NCBI GenBank assembly: GCA_951406725.2 | Contig: OX597823.1 | Location: 71,858,001-71,922,000 of the forward strand | DNA: 64,000 bases | Source of the DNA: Octopus vulgaris | Taxonomy: Eukaryota | Direction: 5' to 3' | Part shown: piece by piece, positions 40,413 to 55,759 of the stretch | How the letters are laid out: each line of letters opens with the position of its first letter | Numbering within the stretch: position 1 is the stretch's first letter | Notes under the pieces: model-generated | Told to the model about the DNA's origin: nothing | Seen by the model: the letters and a program-made list of their open reading frames with translations, nothing else | Databases searched by the model: none | Made by a program: the position numbers and the translations under genes

Positions 40413-40691
40413 ACATACATACACATATATATATATGTATATATGTATGTATATATATATATGTAATCATATGTATATGCATACATACACACACACAAAT
40501 ACACACACACATACACACACACACATATATGTAGACAAGTAAAGACAATCGCTACATCAAAATGGCTGTTCTATCGTATTTCTAGTTTAACCCCAGGTAG
40601 ATCTTCTGACAGCTGGTTATCAGTGCGGCGCTGCACCCCTTATAGACAATATATATACTGCTAGCAGGGGGATTTTACAACTATATATATG

Positions 40692-40835
40692 CTAAGACCC
40701 TCTTCGGTCATGACTAACCATGGAATTGCACAAAGAAAGTTACCCTCCCAGGCACAAGTCCAGGCAAGGTTGTTCTTTTTTATGGAAGACCAGCAGTCAC
40801 CCATGCATATCTGTCTCGCCTCTCCATGCCACCGG
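40692..40835 (-). mobile_element. RTE-related SINE/LINE UTR fragment
   Basis: Minus strand GGCATGGAGAGG..ATGCATGGGTGACTGCTGGTCTTCCATA..AACCTTGCCTGGACTTGTGCCTGGGAGGGTAACTT resembles RTE/BovB-type UTR-derived modules (from memory). Confidence 0.5.
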
Positions 40836-40977
40836 CATGGGAATAAAAGCCTTCAAAGATAATAATTATTATTAAAATCATACTTTAGGATATCTAAGAG
40901 ATACCACCACGCTGAAAATTGTAGTCAAAAACCTGACTCTAAAACCACATTAAAATGTTCATACAGCACCAGGAATG

Positions 40978-41095
40978 AAGATCGACCCGAGTACGCAGCT
41001 GGTACTTAATTTATCGACCCCGAAACGTAGCGACAGACGAAATACCGCTAAGTATTTCGCCCGGCGTGCTAACGTTTCTGCCAGCTCCCCACCTT
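40978..41095 (-). mobile_element. SINE family B, internally deleted
   Basis: Head and GATAAATTAAGTACCAG segment present. Confidence 0.85.
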
Positions 41096-41487
41096 TATGT
41101 GTGTGTTTATTATTGGCAAAATTATCCTTTCGAGATGGAATAAAATATGCTTCAATACATGTGTTCACATCAAGAAACTTGGAAGCCAAATACAGAAACC
41201 AAAGATTCATATACGTTTATTGATTTGCTAATCCAAGTTATTAGGGCAAGTATTGAACTTCCAGACGTAATACGTATTGCGTAATACATATTTTCTGCTT
41301 TGCATGCACTGATACACATAAAATATCACATCTACTTAATTGCGATCAAATTAACAGCCAACCGATATTACATGCCTCTTACATGTACATTGCATATGTG
41401 GATACACAGAAGTACATAACTAGATGCGTAAGTATATGCCTATATTTAATATACCAATGTTTATCTTTTTAATACAAAAATCTTTTC

Positions 41488-42073
41488 AAGGCGGCGAGCT
41501 GGCAAAAGCGATAACACGCCGGGCGAAATGCGTAGCCGTATTTCGTCTGCCGTTACGTTCTGAGTTCAAATTCCGCCGAGGTCGACTTAGCCTTTCATCC
41601 TTTCGGGATCGATAAATTAAGTACCAGTTACGCTCTGGGGTCGATGTAATCGACTTAATCCGATTGTCTGTCCTTGTTTTCCTCCTCTACGTTTAGCCCC
41701 TTGTGGGTAGTAAAGAAATAGGTATTTCGTCTGCCGCTACGTTCTGAGTTCAAATTCCGCCGAGGTCGACTTTGCCTTTCATCCTTTCAGGATCTATTGA
41801 ATAAGTACCAGTTACGCACTGGGGTTGATATAATCGACTTAATCCGTTTTTCTGTCCTTGTTTGTCCTCTCTGTGTTTAGCCCCTTGTGGGTAGTAAAGA
41901 AATAGGTATTTCGTCTGCCGCTACGTTCTGAGTTCAAATTCCACCGCGGTCAACTATGCCTTTCATACTTTCGGGGTCGATAAACTAAGTACCAGTTGCG
42001 TACTGGAATCGATCTAATCGAATGACCCCCATTCCCAAGATTTCGGGCTTTGTGCCTAAAGTAGAAAAGAATA
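41488..42073 (+). mobile_element. SINE family B trimer (one head, three body units, alternative final tail)
   Basis: Units restart at GGTATTTCGTCTGCC (~41721, ~41905). The last unit ends GTGCCTAAAGTAGAAAAGAATA. Confidence 0.92.
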
Positions 42074-43402
42074 TCCTAAAACATCCCGCCACCGTTATCA
42101 CAGTTAGTTGATGGTGAATATGCCGCACCAACGGATTTGCAATAGGTCCCAGCAGATCATAAGAATAAAACCCTCTTTGGTAATTGTAGTAAAAAATATT
42201 ATTATAAAGAGTCTTGTTACTTAGTTTGAGTAAATTAATAGTAACCATATATACAGTAACTTATATAAAAATCCTTTCCAACACACACAAACACGCACAC
42301 GCACACACTCATACACTACTACATACACACATACCAGGTGTCAGTTTTCACAAGGGTGGTGTTGCCCTGTCGTGCATCTTCCTTCAATTAACGCAATACT
42401 TAATTCCTAGAACCGCTTTGCGGGTCGTCTGTTTAGTGTCATTCCTAAGACTTCCTAAGATTGTGCGATGTAGTCAAACGTGTGTGTGTGTGTGTGTTCT
42501 CACGCGCGCGTATTCCTGACCTTTTCTACGCGCTAACTTGCGTACTGCTCTGATGATACATGTCGATCTGTTGACCTACAGCTGCCTGTATTATTCTCCG
42601 ACGTTCCGCTACAATAAATTCTTAAATAAATAAGTAGAGTTTAGCAGTTAGTTCTTTTTTTTTTTTTTTTTGTATTGACTGAATTATCGTGAATTATGGA
42701 GGTATTGATTTTCTATTGCAGTATAAGCTGCTGGTAATATAAACATATTTATGTATTTTTGTGTGCATGGATCTGTGTGAAAATGTTTTACGTGTATCTC
42801 CATGACTGCTGAGGGAATTCTCTCTCATTTTCTATATATTTTTTTCTGATTGAATATAATTACATTTACGCTTATATGATGGATCCCTTGGTAAGAAGTA
42901 GCATTAAACTTTTGTTTAGAAATAATATTCTTGCTTTACTATTAGACTTTCGAAAACTACTATGAACAAAATGGAGCTTAATCAATATGAGACAGAATCC
43001 ATATAATATAATTTAAAGGATATTTTGAGGTTCCCTTTAAAAGAAGTATAATTCCAACGATAATAGATTATTAGTGTTTGTATTTTAAACCAGTGTAGAT
43101 TCAAGCGGTAGTTATCTTAGATTCGTTCAAAAATTATTCGAAGAAAAATACAAAATCTTCGAATGATGAAAATAAATATGCAGTTTGTAACAATCTCTCC
43201 TGTAGCTTTTCTGGTTTTACACTATTTAAATAGTGTGGATAAGAAAACAAAACTTTATATGAAATCAGGTGAAAGTGGTTCTATTGTATAGTGCCAGAAT
43301 ACAATGACAAAAATTGAATCTTTATCGTTCAAAAAAACCTACTGCGGTTATATAAGTTTTGTCGCACAAAATTATGTTCATTAAATTTATTTTATTTATA
43401 GT

Positions 43403-43658
43403 CCCATGGGCCCGGTTTCTATGGAGTATGTGTTCCTCCCCGCTGGACGAGACGCCAGTCCATCGCAGCGTTACTCAAGAAACAGGAAGAAAGAGAAAGC
43501 TGTGGCGAAAGAGTACAACAGGGGTCGCCACCACCCCCTGCCAGAACTTTAGGTGTTTTCGCTCAATAAACACATACAACGCCCAGTCTTGGAATTGAAA
43601 CCGCGATCCTCCGACCGCGAGTCTGCTGCCCTAACCACTGGGCCATTGCGCTTCCACA
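43403..43658 (-). mobile_element. SINE family C
   Basis: Homologous to 36461. Possible TSD TTCATTAAAT at 43377 and 43661. Confidence 0.88.
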
Positions 43659-43949
43659 ATTTCATTAAATACTGCATCTTAAAATACTCCATATGATAAA
43701 AAAGACAGATTTCAAAGGAATTAAGAACTACACGTGCTGTATTAACAGCTTTTAACAATTATTTTACTATTTTGTATTTTTTGATATTTAATTCTAAGCG
43801 TCCTTAAATTTACTTTTGAATTATTTCAAATTAAAACATGTCAACGTCGGCATCATTATTTGGGTCCATTTTGTCTATCAACAGATCATTAAGGCTTATT
43901 TGCATGATAAATGTATGAAATAAAATTAATATTTCTTATATTATCTTGG

Positions 43950-44172
43950 GTAGCAAGGTGGCAGAATCGTTAGCGAGCCGTACATAATGCCAAAATGCTT
44001 TGCGACATTTCGTCTGTATTTGTGCTCTGAGTTTAAATACCGCCTTAGTCGACTTTGCCTTAGTCATATTTTCGGAGTCGATAATATAAGTACCGGTTGA
44101 ACACGGGTCGATTTAAGCGACTTTATCATGTAATCACCGGTCTTGTGGCAATATCTGACACCAATCTTATTA
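43950..44172 (+). mobile_element. Old SINE family B copy
   Basis: Degenerate TGGCAGAATCGTTAGC...GTCGACTTTGCC...GTCGATAATATAAGTACC. Confidence 0.7.
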
Positions 44173-44507
44173 TGACGTCACTAATTTTTGTGGTCATCAG
44201 AACGACGTCTCACTATAGGCTCAAGTAATGGACAAGCATTTGATTTTCATCAGCAGCGAAGGGGAAACACAAAGTTATCGTCCGTAGGATGGGAACTAAG
44301 AATATAAAGCTGTTACTTGAAAGAGAAAAAAATGATGGTTTAAAAGAGAGCAGAGAATTTATTGTGTTTATATTTTGCTAGGGAACCTATTTTGATGGCA
44401 GTTAGTTTTACAGCAAAGCATTATTGTTATTTTCATTTACAAATCGCAGTAAATATTTACTTACTGGAGAGAAAGAGAGGGGAAGAAAAAGAGAGAAATT
44501 TATAGGT

Positions 44508-44870
44508 ATGGAGCACCACCCGCCTTTTTAGTCAAATAAGTTGCCCCCAGGACTTATTCTTTATAAGTCAAGTAATTATTCTATCGGACTCTTTTGCAGA
44601 ACTGCTAAGTTACGGGGATGTAAACACACCAACATCAGTTGTCAAGCAACGATGGTGGTGGGGAGAAACAGAGACACACAAACATATATATATATATATA
44701 TACATTCGACGGGCTTCTTTCAGTTTTCGCCTACCAAATACAGTCACAAGGCTTTGATCGGCCCGAGGGTGTAGTAGAAGACACTTTCCTAAGGTGCCAC
44801 GCAATAGGACTGAACCCGAAACCATGCGGTTGGTAAGCAAGCTACTTACCACACAGCTGCTCCTACGCCT
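44508..44870 (-). mobile_element. SINE family A, near full length
   Basis: Collinear with 7788-8184. Confidence 0.88.
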
Positions 44871-44927
44871 ATATATATATATATATATGTATAAATATAT
44901 ATACACACACACATATATATAAACACA

Positions 44928-44967
<40 letters not shown>

Positions 44968-45191
44968 CATACGTATAATCCATTCGTATTTGTATGTATT
45001 GATACACACCGACACATATGTATACACACATGCATACGGACAGAGACTGACATACAAATACACATACAGACATACACACATACATACACACATATATATA
45101 TATATATATACATCCATCCATCCATCCATACATAGATACATTCAAACATACATACGTACATGCACACACACGTACATATACATACATACAT

Positions 45192-45240
<49 letters not shown>

Positions 45241-45624
45241 TGCACACACACATACACGCCACATCTCTCTCTCTCTATATATACATATGTATATATAGTG
45301 ATATAGATAGATATAGAAAGACAGAGAGAGAAAGAGAGAAAGAGTCAGAGAGAGAGAAATGAGGGGAAGTGGGACTTATTAATTACACACTATTTCACTC
45401 TGTAATAATAACAATAAAGAAATTAACACCTGCAGTATTTACAACAATATGAATAAAATCGTTAGCACTGGAAACAAAATCGATCCAGTTGATTAGCACA
45501 CACACACACACACACACTGACACTGATACACACACGCTGACACTGAGAATACATATAAAAATATTTTAAATATCACATATGTGTTTAAATCTAAACATAA
45601 GCATGCATATAAATCTATATAATT

Positions 45625-45668
<44 letters not shown>

Positions 45669-47067
45669 ATAAATATATATATGTGTGTGTGTGCGTGTGT
45701 ATGTATATATGTATATATGTGTATGTGTGTGTGCATATATATATATATATATGTACATTTATATATATTTATATATATATACATACATACAGACATATAT
45801 ATACACATATGCACATATATATACATATATATATATACACACATATATATATACACACATATATATATATACATATATATATATATACATACACACGTGT
45901 ATATATTTAGATGTGTATATAACAATTTATGTAGATGTATGTATACATATAAACTTAAAATAATGAACTCTAAGAAATTGTTATACATATACAAGTAGAT
46001 ACATGTCTATAATACTGAGAATAATTTTAGTAAAACGGCGAACAAACCTTCTTGTGAAATGCCTTCTTCAGCAAAGGACAAACCTCAAAGATATAAACTC
46101 TAACACTAAATGACAACCTTTCACCACAGTTGCGATAAATTTTATGACACTACTATCTCGATTTTGCATTTAATTCTGCATCTTTTTTTTCCTTTTTCTG
46201 ATTTTTCTTTGCCAAAATATATAAAAAAAAAACGTATCAATAAAAGAACTACCTTTGAATTATTTTCCTTCTATTTCTATCTCTCTCTTTCTTATTTTCT
46301 TTATTTGCTATCTTGTCTCCCTGTAACTGTTCTATTTTGTTATAGTACCTTTGTGTTTTAATTGTCTGTCGTCATGTTTAAAAGACAATATAAAAAAAAG
46401 TAAATGCGAACGAAATAAAGAAATATCAGTCTCTCTTTTGTATCTTTTATTTAGAAAAGGGGAAATTAAACTAAACGATGGGGTGGGAATATGAAGGCTC
46501 GATAGATAGGTTTTATGTTGTCATCAGTGCGTCATTTCCTTAAGATAAAAAGAGAGAGTCAAATTAACCCTTTTTCTCACAAACTGTAACTCATTCTCTG
46601 TCTCTCTCTGTCTTTCTTCTCATTCTCTCACTCGCTTCCGTCTTTATTCTATTTAATCATTATTTTTTGGTTGTTCATTTTTTTACAGTTTCTAAGTGTT
46701 TGTTGTAACTTTTATTGCAATTTTTTTTCCCTTTAGATTTTATCGTTTTCCTTTACCGTTTCAATTGTCAATCTTTGTTTCACCTCTTATTTGAAGATTT
46801 CCACGTTCTAAACACATGGTACCACCACCTACCATGCCATCCCGGGACAAGCCCACTTACTCAGCTTAGGTGTGCGATAGAAACCAATTTTTCCTATTTA
46901 TTTTCGGTTTTTAAATTATTTAACAGATCAAATTCGAACTGTTATTGTTGACTTTTGTTATAGCTCAGTAATCGTAATCTTTTTTCGTTTCTTCAAGTAA
47001 TTCTTCAGCTTAATGTCAAATTGTTATTGCATATAGTATGTAGTATTTAGAGTATATAAAGCAAACT

Positions 47068-47141
<74 letters not shown>

Positions 47142-47198
47142 CATCTATCTGCCTGTCTGTCCCTCTGTCTGTCGACCTATCTATCTGCCTATCTATCA

Positions 47199-47233
<35 letters not shown>

Positions 47234-47676
47234 CATGTGTGTATAAATAATAACGTTTGTTTTTTATGTTCAGGCATAATAGCAATTTTACATTAATGTG
47301 ATGAGTTACTCTACACGTTGGTAGGGTGCAAATTTGTTATTCTTAAAGAAGAATGTTGTTGACAGTGACTTCGAAATATCAGCCAGCGAAGCCATCGCCA
47401 GAAGCATACTAAATGCGAAACAATGGTTCATATTAAAAGAAATCAACAAAAACTGGAGTCTTTTACCCTTGGACCAAATGCAAAACGCTACGATATTACT
47501 GATTTTTAATTTTGGCACACAAGTCAAGCAATTTCAGGGAAAGAATAAGACGATTATAATGACCTCACTGCATAACTGGTACTTATGTTATCGACTTTGA
47601 AAAGAACAAAAACAAAGTTGACACCGGCCTAATTTGAACTCTCTTCATTATCGTCTTTGTAATTGTTATCGTCGTG

Positions 47677-48110
47677 AAGGCAGCGAGCTGGCAGAAACGT
47701 TAGCACGCCGGGCGTAATGCTTAGCAGCATTTCGTCTGCCGTTACGTTCTGAGTTCAAATTCCACCGAGGTCGACTTCGCCTTTCATCCTTTCGGTGTCG
47801 ATAAATTAAGAACCAGTTACGCACTGGGGTCAATATAATCGGTTTAATCCGTTTGTCTGTCTTTGTTTGTCCCTTCTGCATGTAGCCACTTGTGGGCAGT
47901 AAAGAAATAAGAAACATTAGCACGCCTGGCGAAATTCTTAGCGGTATTTCGTCTGCCTTCACGTTCTGAGTTCAAATTCCGCCGAGGTCGACTTTGCCTT
48001 TCATCCTTCCGGGGTCGATAAATTAAGTATCAGTTGCGTACTGGGATCGATGTAATCGACTGGCCCCCTCCTCAAAAGTTTCGGGCCTTGTGCCTAGAAC
48101 AGAAATGATT
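47677..48110 (+). mobile_element. SINE family B dimer (with an old minus-strand fragment at ~47555-47642)
   Basis: The second unit restarts at GAAACATTAGCACG (~47911) and ends with the alternative tail GTGCCTAGAACAGAAA. Confidence 0.9.
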
Positions 48111-49887
48111 TTTTATCGTTGACTAATTCAGGTACCACATTTGTTCCAGTAATATACTAGGTTCCATTTTAACCCGTTACCAGTAAAATACTTAAGATGC
48201 AGTCACTCACATACACATATGCATTTATTGTTGACTTGTGTGCTGGTGTTATATATATATATATATATATATACATAAATGTGCATATATCCTTGCATAT
48301 GCCTTTTTTACTGCTTAGTGAGAAGAAACGTGAAGATGTTAATGCCCATCACTTTTTAGAAGGCCTCGATTGTAGAAGAAATGAAATTTGGCATGAATTC
48401 TCAGAACAGAGAGAACTCTGCTAAAGGTATTCAAGGACCATGTTGTCGTGTTAAACCGGGCAATTGTTTAAGGCTTTCAAGCAGTAAATTAATTTCACCA
48501 TCTATTATTATACAGAGTGTATATCTATTCTCAAATCAATAAACATGAACGTTAAGCATACAAATATATGCACATATACACACCCCGAATTAAGCATAAA
48601 GTATTTGCTTGTACACACACACAGAGGTACACACACATACTCACACTCACATACACACACATACTCACACTCACATACACACACATACTCACACATATAC
48701 ACAGAAGCAATCCTCAAGTACAAAAAGGGGACGATTAAAAGGAGAATGGTGGAAGGTGGAGAGTGAATAAAATAATGAGATAGGGATGTTTAGGTAACTC
48801 CTTCTCAAGAAAAATGAAAACACTAGTTTGACATTGTTTGAATATGTTATAAAACACAAATAGAATAAAAATCTTTCCAGTTCTACTCACAACTCCGCCT
48901 TCTTAAGTTTCTTAACCTACTTCTCTTTCTCTCTTTCTCATGTTCTATTATTACCTTTCACTTTGTTTCCTTGCATTCTAATCTCCTTACGCAGCTGTGA
49001 AGGCCCAGTTACAGAAAACAATCCAAGTTGAAAAACAATATCTACATTTGTAATGCCTCTCTATTCTCTCAACTGTACCATCAATGTTAAAATTAGGGGG
49101 TAATGACAGCAACGACAATCGCAACGGCAAAAACCGGAACAGTAGTAAACGAGCAACTGAACCAATAACAATTGAAATAATGTACTACACGATAAGTGAA
49201 GTAACCCAAGCAATAAACTGATCAACAACTGCGAATAAAAGTGGTAACAAAAGCGACTAAAACAAAAGCAACAATAAGTAAATCTCCAAAAATCTAATTC
49301 AGCAGAAAAGTGAAACATCAACAGTAAGAATAACAACAGCGTAAATACAATAAAAACTATGGCATCAACGTCAAGGATAAAACAATTAGGAGAATTTATT
49401 GCCTTAATTATTTCAATATAATGTACTATTAAAAATCACCCTCTAAGTTTTGTGCAAACTCAACTGTTTTTTGTATACCCTCTCTAATGTTTTTAAATGA
49501 AGAAAATACAGACTACATATATATCTTTAGGTCAGATTTGAACTCAGATTTCTGCTTTAAGGACACAAGTTTTAAATCGAATTAAAGCTCGAGAAAAATG
49601 TATATGTTCCTTATTTCTTTATTGCTCGAGAAAAATGTATATGTTCAAGAGGAGAGTGCATAAGGAGGATCGGAAATAAAACAAATCGAAAGAGTGGCTT
49701 ATAGCTCGGAAACTCTAAATTATTTAAAATGGTGTCCATACAGTATTGTATTTATTTGGAGATTTAAAGTCTAAACTTGAGAAATATATTTGAATAAGTT
49801 TTGAATCACCTATCTGATTTCAAGTATCGCATTAGAGGGCATGAAAATCTAATAGTGGTAGCAGTAATAATATTCACTCCGCCTCTC

Positions 49888-49935
<48 letters not shown>

Positions 49936-50115
49936 ATGAATACTACTAGCATTCCCGTGTCATCAAAAGTACTGACAGTTCTATTAATGATAAGAAATTG
50001 CACATCAAAAGCAATGAGAAGAAACCATTGATAAATGTCAGCAATCAAGTAAATATATTTAAATACATACAGAGAATTGAAACACTTCAACAGATACAGT
50101 TGTAACGGCCACATA

Positions 50116-50151
<36 letters not shown>

Positions 50152-50338
50152 ATCTATATATAAATATATATATATACACACACGTATATACATGTATATA
50201 TATATGTATATATCTACGAAGATACCTATACATATACATATATAAACTCATATGTGCATATGCATATATACTTATATATATATACATACACACATACACA
50301 GATAAATAGATAGATTGATAGATTAACAGATAAACAGA

Positions 50339-51583
50339 TACAAGAATCGACTGAAAAGTTAATAGGCTGATCAAGATATTGTCGTAGAATGTAACCAAAT
50401 GAGGTTTATTTTTAAACATAGATCCCCTTGCAGTCCACATACTTCTTCCATCGGTGTTGCAGTGCTTGGATCCCATTGGTGAAGAGGCTTTCAGTCTGTT
50501 GGTCGAAAAGTTCATCAACAACAGATATGATGTCACTCCAATGCAATACTTATTTCTTTATTGCCCACAATACTGGTTCCCAACAGATGATAATCAGATG
50601 GGACGAAAGCAAGAGGATAAGGAGAATGATCGACCAGTTGAAATCCATAGTCATGCACTGCAGCAATTGGAACCAAGGACTTGTATACTGAGGCATTGTC
50701 CTGATGAAATAGATCCACTTACATCAGTTTTCCTGGGCGTTTGGTCTTGATAGCCTTTCGTAACTGCCTCAGCAACTTCGCATAGTACTCTCCATTGGTA
50801 GTGTGCCCCTTTTGAAGATAGTCAATAAACTCAATGTCTCTTGCATTCCAAAAAACTGAGGCCATCTCCCTCCCTGAAGATGAAACAATCTCGACCGTCT
50901 TCAGAGCGGGTCAGGAGGAGTGTTTCCACTGCATGGATTATTTCATTGTCTCTGGCTCAAAGTGATGAAGCCAACCTTTATCTTAGGTTAGGTAAAGTTC
51001 AAGGAAACCAGCTGGAGCGACCTCAAACAATGTTAGATTTTCCTGTGATGTGACCAGCCTGGGGTGCCTTTGCTCAGGTGTCAGGTAACATGGCAACCAC
51101 CGAGAAGAAACCTTTAACATGGCAAGTTCAATATTCTCAGATCTCTCAGTAATGTTAATCGCTGTGGCTATTTGATTTATAGTCAATCACCTGTCATCCA
51201 TCACCATGTGATGAACATAATAGATGTTTTCTTCGGTGGAGGCAGTTGTGGGACGTCCAGACCGTGGGTAACCTACAAGACTGATACTTCAACTCCTAAA
51301 TTAAAGTGCCCATGCACTAATGTAGGAACCATGTCAGCATGAATGTCATTGGGATAAACCCTTTTCCTGCAGGTAATACCGCGATACCAAATTTTATCCA
51401 TTGCCAAGAGAGGTCGCTGTTAGTTACTTTTGAAATCTTTTTTGAACAGTCAGATGTCAGTTTACCTGGAAAGAAACAATACAGTTGTGAATAAGTGGAG
51501 TTCTAATACAAGACAGGCAAGATTTCACAGCTCTAGTTTCATTGCTTCATACTAGGCTTATTAACTTTTTCGTTCACCTTTCT
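50339..51583 (-). mobile_element. Near full-length (~1.25 kb) dead mariner transposon
   Basis: Degenerate TIRs (GAAAAGTTAATAGGCT at left; AGGCTTATTAACTTTTTC at right). Transposase remnants KVSSRWLP..LTPEQ, ENLTLFE, LFHQDNA, LVDHSPY..AFVPSDYHL, with many stops. Confidence 0.85.
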
Positions 51584-52694
51584 GTGTGTGTGTCTGTGTG
51601 CGTGCGTGTGCGTGCGCGTATGTGTGCGTGTGTATGCAAAAATGGATACACATACACACACACATACACACACATGTATATACATGTATACGTATTTACA
51701 TTCATACATACTCACATTCATACAAATGCGCATACATACATACTTACATACACACATACATACATGCACACATACACATATACATACATGCATAAATACT
51801 TATATACAAACATACATATATACATACATAATGCTTACATATAGTGGACTTCTTTCACTTTCAGTTTTCAAAGTCTACAAACAGGACTTTGATCAGCCGT
51901 GGGATAGAGTAGGAAGACACTTGCTCAAAGTTCCTATCCATGCACATACTTCTATGTGTGTGTGTGTGCGTGTGTATGTATCTATGCGCATGTGTATGAA
52001 TGTGGTTTGTAGGAATGTACGTAAGAACATGTAAATGTGTGTGTACATGTCCGTGCGCGCGCACACACACAGATGTATGTAATAATTTGCTTGTTCTGCT
52101 CGTTAACGTGCGTCCAGGCTGGGGCACAATCTTGAAATTTATAATCGGACTAATCGGCCCCAGTACTTATTTTTTCAGCCTAACTCCTATTCTAGCTGTT
52201 TCTTTTTGTCGAAGTGCTTAATTACGTAAGGTAAAAAAACACCAACAGTTGTCAACCCGTTGTGGACTCACACACACACACACACACACACACACGTACA
52301 CACACACACACACGTACTCGGTTCTGTTGGTTGCGGGTCTCCCAGAACATTCGTCAATATCGACATTTATCGGCCAACTTGTAAACGCCTGAACAACTCG
52401 TACACTTGTGTGCGGCTCATACACCCTTCTCCATACACTTTGTAACTTTGCGTTGGCCTCTGAGCAGCTATCACCATGACAACTTTCTCCGTCATGATCA
52501 ATACGACGATCACACGCTACACACTTTCCTTCCAAGCACTACTGTGAACAGCGAAAGTGAGCTAGAACGTTAAAACTTAGTGCACAAGCACAACAGAGGT
52601 CCAGGTCAATCTTTGCCAAGCGGCTTTACTCTGCCTACTTTAGCCTCGTACACTACAACAACAGTCCGGATACTTATTGATCAGACCTAGTATA

Positions 52695-53769
52695 TACGAG
52701 GAGGTACCTTAAAGTTACTGGAAACGTTCTCTGTGGGACAAGCCCGTTGTAGTTGAGGCTTCGGCTGCTAGAAACCACCACTTGATGCAATCCCCAGGTA
52801 TCAGTCTGCTGAATGACGTCAACAGCTGTCGTACTGTCACGTGGTGCGTCTTTGTTTTGCAGTGCTTGTCCCCTGTTCGTCGATTTTTGTGATGGCTGAA
52901 ACGAAGGTACAGCGTGCTTCCGTGATTTTCTCTTCTCTGCTGGCGACTAACACAGTTGTCATGTTTCAAATAGCTTACAACTAGGCTACCATAAGTAAAA
53001 CACAAGTTTACGTGAGGTTTTCACGTTTTATGAATGGTTCCTTGTCGCTCGAAGACCAACCTCGTTTAGGATTATTGTCGACCCCTTGAATGAATGAAAA
53101 CATCACGAAAATTCGTGAACTGATCTTCAAGGACCGTCTCCGTACAACTGACGAACTTGCTGATATGACTGATATGCCCTGGAACTCCTACTAATGAATT
53201 TTGCAAATGAAAAGAGTTGCTGCTAAATTTGTGCCTCGCATGCGCACGAAGGATTAAAAACAGTCACAACTGAATGTGTGCTGTGAACTGAAAGAACAGG
53301 CGGAAGTTGATGCGGACCTTTTTTCGAAGGTCATACAACTACGACCCGGAAACGAAGCCGTAATCAAGTCAATGGATGTAGTCAATGTCACCAGTTCCCC
53401 CCATCCCCCCAAAGTGCATCGAGTGAAGTCCAATATGAAGACGATGCTGGTTTGTTTCATGCGAAAGGAATTGCCTTACACAGAATTTGTTCCCTTTGGT
53501 CAAACTGTTAACCAGACATTTTACTTGGCAGTTCAGAAGCATTTGCGAAACGTGGTGAGACGAAAATGTCACGACCTGTGGCAAAGAGGGGAGTGATGCT
53601 TCCATCACGACAATGCGCCAGCGCATACCGTCTTGAGCATAAAGCAATTTTTGAAGAAAAAGGGGATAACTTTGGTTGCCCACTCTCTATATTCACCTGA
53701 ACTTAATCCCTGCAACGGAAAGAGTCCTTGAAGGAAAACGTCTTGCAGATGTGGAAAAGGTGCAGTGCA

Positions 53770-53770
<1 letters not shown>
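52695..53770 (+). mobile_element. Dead mariner transposon, second family; 3' end lost in (TA)n
   Basis: TA-CGAGG terminus; [41 protein letters not shown] and YSPEL motifs across broken frames. Confidence 0.88.
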
Positions 53771-54520
<750 letters not shown>

Positions 54521-54619
54521 ATCAATATAGGGTGGCAAAAAAAATTTTGTAGAATTCTTTTGCCACCAGCGGCCTAGTGGGAAAAAATTAAATAGTCATA
54601 AACCATTTTTAAGTTCAAC

Positions 54620-54948
54620 ATCACAATCAAGGAACAGCCATAATAGGCCATTCACCCACTAAAATAACAGCCAAAAGCTTTAACCGCAAAATAACATCAA
54701 TTCCGTAAACCAGGAGAAAATTAAAAAACATTTATCCTGTAATTTCTCATACGATGCACCGTTTCATCTACTGTTTAATGGTAAACCATTAAACAGTAGA
54801 TGAAACGGTGCATCGTATGAGAAATTACAGGGTAAATGTTTTTTAATTTTCTCCTGGTTTATGGAATTGATGTTATTTTGCGGTTAAAGCTTTTGGCTGT
54901 TATTTCTAGTGGGTGAATGGCCTATTATGGCCGTTCCTTGATTGTGAT
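54620..54948. repeat. 329-bp near-perfect palindrome (arms 54620-54782 and 54785-54948, 2-nt spacer)
   Basis: The arms differ by about 3 substitutions and 1 indel; centre ...TTTAATGGT-AA-ACCATTAAA... Confidence 0.95.
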
Positions 54949-55746
<798 letters not shown>

Positions 55747-55759
55747 CTATGTGTGCTTG

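Noticed and set aside
43190-43220. QKSY-like codons as candidate TH exon 1 (also RKNYS near 63690-63715)
   Set aside because: No suitable donor in phase 0 and no convincing upstream start context.
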